Below, piece after piece: positions 60,733 through 64,000 of a stretch of 64,000 nucleotides of DNA (positions are counted from its first letter, which is position 1; each line of letters starts with the position of its first letter). Source of the DNA: an uncultured candidate division Zixibacteria bacterium. Its GTDB lineage: Bacteria; Zixibacteria; MSB-5A5; GN15; FEB-12. Below the pieces are notes generated by a model that saw only the letters and a list, made by a program, of their open reading frames with translations, did no database searches and was not told the origin of the DNA. Position numbers and translations under genes: made by a program. Location: positions 1,600,001 through 1,664,000 of the forward strand of contig OY760907.1 in assembly GCA_963664195.1 (NCBI GenBank), given 5' to 3'.

Positions 60733-62625
60733 TTAGAACGCCTCCCCAACGCTAATATGTAACTGCGCGCCGGTGTCAACATCGGCAACCGGCCAGGCGA
60801 TGTCGAATCGGATGGGGCCGATAGGGGTGCTCACTCGCAGGCCCAGACCCGCAGAGTACCGAAGGTCATCCATATGAAACGAGTATGTCCCAGCCCACAC
60901 GTTACCCAGATCGTAGAGAAACACACCCGACAGCAGTCCGTAGATAGGGTACCGAAGTTCCAGACTGGATTCGAACAGGGTGTTGCCGCCGATAGGAACG
61001 CCGTCATCGTCTGCGGGACCGATCTCGGCTCGTGCCCAACCGCGCACGGAGGAGCTTCCTCCAGAATAGAAACGATCCTCGACAGGTATGAACTCCGGGT
61101 CATCTCCTGAATTGATACCACCCGCTTTGACTCGCCCGGCGACTACGACTCCAAGCACTTTCTGGTAGCGACGAACGTCAAGAAGCAGGCGGGTGTAATG
61201 AAAATCGCTACCCAGCCCCAGCCCGCTTATGGTAAACGCACCGGCAGCGTACGTGCCCCGGTCGGGAGAGAACATCGGCGCCGAATTGTCGAATGTTAGT
61301 CCAAACACCATGCCGGACTTCTGGTACAGGTCCTCAAGTGAGCTTTGGTAGGACTCCAAATCTCCCAGAGAAGTTGTATCCAAATCAATGCGCTCGAACG
61401 TATAGGCTACCGAGCCGTGCAGATGTGCCGCAATTTGATGGAGCAGCGTGGCGTGGCCGCCAAAGCGTACTTGATCAAAAGCCGGTTCTCGCTGACGCAG
61501 TAAAAATGGGCTTATCTCCAGCGTTGTGTAGCTAGTAAGAAAGGCTGGCTGCCGGAGCTTCAGACTCACATGATACGGTTCAATGTCGGAGTGTTTCAGA
61601 TAGAGATTCAGTTGCCTTGCCCCGCCGAGAAACCCGAGCAGGCGCGAATCGGAGTAGACACGAAATTTCTCCTCACGGCCATAGCCAACACCTATTCGAG
61701 AGGACAGCCGGGGGGCCTCATCAATCCTGACATCAACCGGGACGATGGAGTTCTGTTCAGAGCTGAGAAGCGCCTTCACCGTCACTACATGAAACATGGA
61801 AAGCCCGTAGATGCGGCGCTGGGATTTCTCCAGGGCTGTTCTGCTGTAAATGTCACCGGATTTGAAAGTCAGTGGTTTTCTGACCAACCCCTGGGCTGCA
61901 TGTTGAAGTCCGGAGACAGTGATATCTCCGAATCGACAAATCGGCCCGGGGTCTATGTGCCAGTCGATATCGACCTCTTTTGAACCACGATCAACCGACA
62001 AGCCTGGCTCGGCCTTTGCATATGGATACCCCATATCCTCCAGCCTGCGAACGATTGCCTCCTGATCCTGGTAGAGCAACGAGTCACGAAATCTTTCTGA
62101 CGTTTGCGTTCGCAGTCCGCTCAAAGCCTCAGAGAAGTCTCCGGCGCCGGGTTGAATGGAATCTGCAACCACTCCTTGCAGAGAGAACTGCATTCTGCGA
62201 ACTCGTATGGGGGTTCCTTCGGTTATCCTGATGAGGATTCGGACACTGCGGCCGTTGTCATTGGTTCCCAGGTTTGCAAGCTCAACGCGTACATCGAGGA
62301 AGCCTTCCTTCTGGTATAATCGCTCAATCCGTTTCAGGTCGCTGTGGAGAATATCCTCACTGAATAGAAAGGCATCTTTGCCGAGGATTTTGCGCTTGAA
62401 GCCAGAGGTGGCTTTAGTGGACAAGAGGGAATTAAGCTGGGCATCGGAGAGCGTTGTGTTACCGTCAAACTCCAGACTGTGTACCTCATAGCCTGCCTGA
62501 GCCAGGAGTCCGGAGGGCGCTGCGACCACAACCAACAGGAAGAGAACTGCGGCAAGGAAGAGGCACTTCCGGGAGAAGCTGCATGTGTCCAGATCAGTCA
62601 ATTCGTAGATACCTTCCGGGGTCAT
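60733..62625 (-). CDS. Omp85 family protein (TamA/BamA-like, 3 POTRA domains + barrel)
   Basis: POTRA-like GY..A and F..V.V segments; RFYSGG.SSVRG; GPIRFD; C-terminal F; adjacent to tamB. Confidence 0.9.
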   Translation of the reverse strand: MTPEGIYELTDLDTCSFSRKCLFLAAVLFLLVVVAAPSGLLAQAGYEVHSLEFDGNTTLSDAQLNSLLSTKATSGFKRKILGKDAFLFSEDILHSDLKRIERLYQKEGFLDVRVELANLGTNDNGRSVRILIRITEGTPIRVRRMQFSLQGVVADSIQPGAGDFSEALSGLRTQTSERFRDSLLYQDQEAIVRRLEDMGYPYAKAEPGLSVDRGSKEVDIDWHIDPGPICRFGDITVSGLQHAAQGLVRKPLTFKSGDIYSRTALEKSQRRIYGLSMFHVVTVKALLSSEQNSIVPVDVRIDEAPRLSSRIGVGYGREEKFRVYSDSRLLGFLGGARQLNLYLKHSDIEPYHVSLKLRQPAFLTSYTTLEISPFLLRQREPAFDQVRFGGHATLLHQIAAHLHGSVAYTFERIDLDTTSLGDLESYQSSLEDLYQKSGMVFGLTFDNSAPMFSPDRGTYAAGAFTISGLGLGSDFHYTRLLLDVRRYQKVLGVVVAGRVKAGGINSGDDPEFIPVEDRFYSGGSSSVRGWARAEIGPADDDGVPIGGNTLFESSLELRYPIYGLLSGVFLYDLGNVWAGTYSFHMDDLRYSAGLGLRVSTPIGPIRFDIAWPVADVDTGAQLHISVGEAF

Positions 62626-62965
62626 CGTTCCTGCGTTTATACCATACCGGCGTAGTCGGAAGACAAGGACGCCGCCAGCGATTCACAGCCGCTACTCTCT
62701 TACGCGTTTTCGGACAATTCGGATGAGCGAAGTTGAAATCTACGGCACAGCCCGTACTCTGGCAACTGCCATTTGGCAGTTTTGTTCTCTCTGTCTTGAA
62801 ACCGGTCTACGGATATTTCCTCCGGCGATCCGCCAGCAGAGTCTCGCGCTCTCTTGACTCCTGGAATCTCCCTTGACAGTTGGTGTGGAATCTCATACTC
62901 TTTGACGCGTCTTGACCGTCTCTTTTGACCAACAGCTTCAGGAGTATCGTTCCGGAAGGACTTCT

Positions 62966-63229
62966 ATGGCAGGTATGGACAATATAACTTTTCTCGGTTT
63001 GGTTGCCGGTGCGCTAACCACAGCGGCGTTTCTGCCTCAACTGGTCAAAGCCTGGAAATCTCGCTCCACAAAAGATATATCTTTGCTGATGTATGTGGTC
63101 ACTTGTACCGGCATCTCTCTGTGGCTGATCTACGGTTTATGCATAGGTTCCCTGCCTGTCATATTGGCTAACGCAGCCACGCTGCTGATCGCGATGGCGA
63201 TACTGATTCTGAAAATCAGATTTCGTTGA
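62966..63229 (+). CDS. SemiSWEET / PQ-loop transporter
   Basis: LTT.AFLPQ..K, TKDIS, LWL.YG, N motif; GAAGGA SD. Confidence 0.92.
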   Translation: MAGMDNITFLGLVAGALTTAAFLPQLVKAWKSRSTKDISLLMYVVTCTGISLWLIYGLCIGSLPVILANAATLLIAMAILILKIRFR

Positions 63230-63454
63230 CGCCTCGCCGCCAGATCCTGAATCGAAACGACAGGTCGGCCCGGGCAGAAGAGTGATCCCGCAATTGCGCT
63301 CAGGTTTCTGTCGGCACTATACATTTGCGTGAGTGTGTCGACTCATGCTGCCAGGTATGCCCCCGATTGTTCTTGTTGCATAAACGGACATGGCAGACTA
63401 CCATGATACAGTACTGCAACAAATCTCACACCACTTTATCAAAAAGGAGCTACC

Positions 63455-64000
63455 ATGCAGAGACTTCTTCTTATGCTGCTGACCTGTGCATTGCTGCTGC
63501 TCGCCTTCGGTTGCGATCGCACTGCTCCAACTTTGACTGACACCGCGACGGGCGTCGATCATTCAGTAGGACTGGTCGAACGTCCACAGTTCGTTGAGAC
63601 CCGTCCACCCGAACTCGTTGAAGCTTTTACCATGAAGCTCGACAAACCACTGCCCCCCGTTATCCTTCACAAGAAACCGCCCAAACCGCCGGATACATCC
63701 ACCAGCGGTGATCCAAACCCTAATCCGGCTCACAAATATGCTTATGTCGTTGGGATTTCAAACTACGAAGGCACTGCCAACGACCTGGACTACTGTGATG
63801 ATGATGCTCAGGCAATGAAGTCCTGGCTGCAGAGTGAAGGTTTCACCTGCAATATGGATCTCGATCTGCAGGCGACGGCCAACAACATCATGGCAGGGCT
63901 CCAGTGGCTCATCGATAATGCGGCTCCAGGCGATGAGGTGGCTTTCTGCTATTCCGGTCATGGCATGAGGTCATCTGAGGGATCGGCCATCATCTCATCC
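63455..64000 (+). CDS. Caspase family (C14 metacaspase) lipoprotein, runs off window
   Basis: Manual translation MQRLLLMLLTCALLLLAFGC (lipobox) ... AYVVGISNY..DL.YC.DDA ... FCYSGHG; AAGGAG SD; absent from ORF track. Confidence 0.88.
   Translation, partial: MQRLLLMLLTCALLLLAFGCDRTAPTLTDTATGVDHSVGLVERPQFVETRPPELVEAFTMKLDKPLPPVILHKKPPKPPDTSTSGDPNPNPAHKYAYVVGISNYEGTANDLDYCDDDAQAMKSWLQSEGFTCNMDLDLQATANNIMAGLQWLIDNAAPGDEVAFCYSGHGMRSSEGSAIISS

Overview
64 kb bacterial chromosomal window, moderately GC-rich by eye. A C-terminal tandem 'GxVDxSPDGLVTMGDLTVLIDHLFISL' dockerin-like repeat suggests candidate phylum Zixibacteria (inference). Housekeeping and accessory content: a pterin operon (folE, a three-domain PTPS, an SDR), an RRM protein, a YdjI/YdjG-like SPFH pair, an rsgA-3xGNAT operon behind a leader-peptide attenuator, a GH29/DUF4838/GH3 glycan cluster, a multiheme cytochrome, nhaA, a TauE/two-component module, a stand-alone fusA, TamA/TamB, SemiSWEET and a metacaspase. 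Four candidate anti-phage or conflict loci are interspersed. (1) A NACHT-pentapeptide protein. (2) An m4C-type MTase + ABC-ATPase + HNH operon. (3) An AT-rich PRTase-STAND-TPR (Avs-like) gene directly behind an unannotated, decayed integron-integrase fragment. (4) A 2TM protein + class III cyclase-like pair bracketed by imperfect direct repeats. Intergenic DNA carries at least five families of REP-like palindromes, often at the borders of these loci. No rRNA, tRNA or CRISPR array was seen. All calls come from manual motif recognition; no searches were run.
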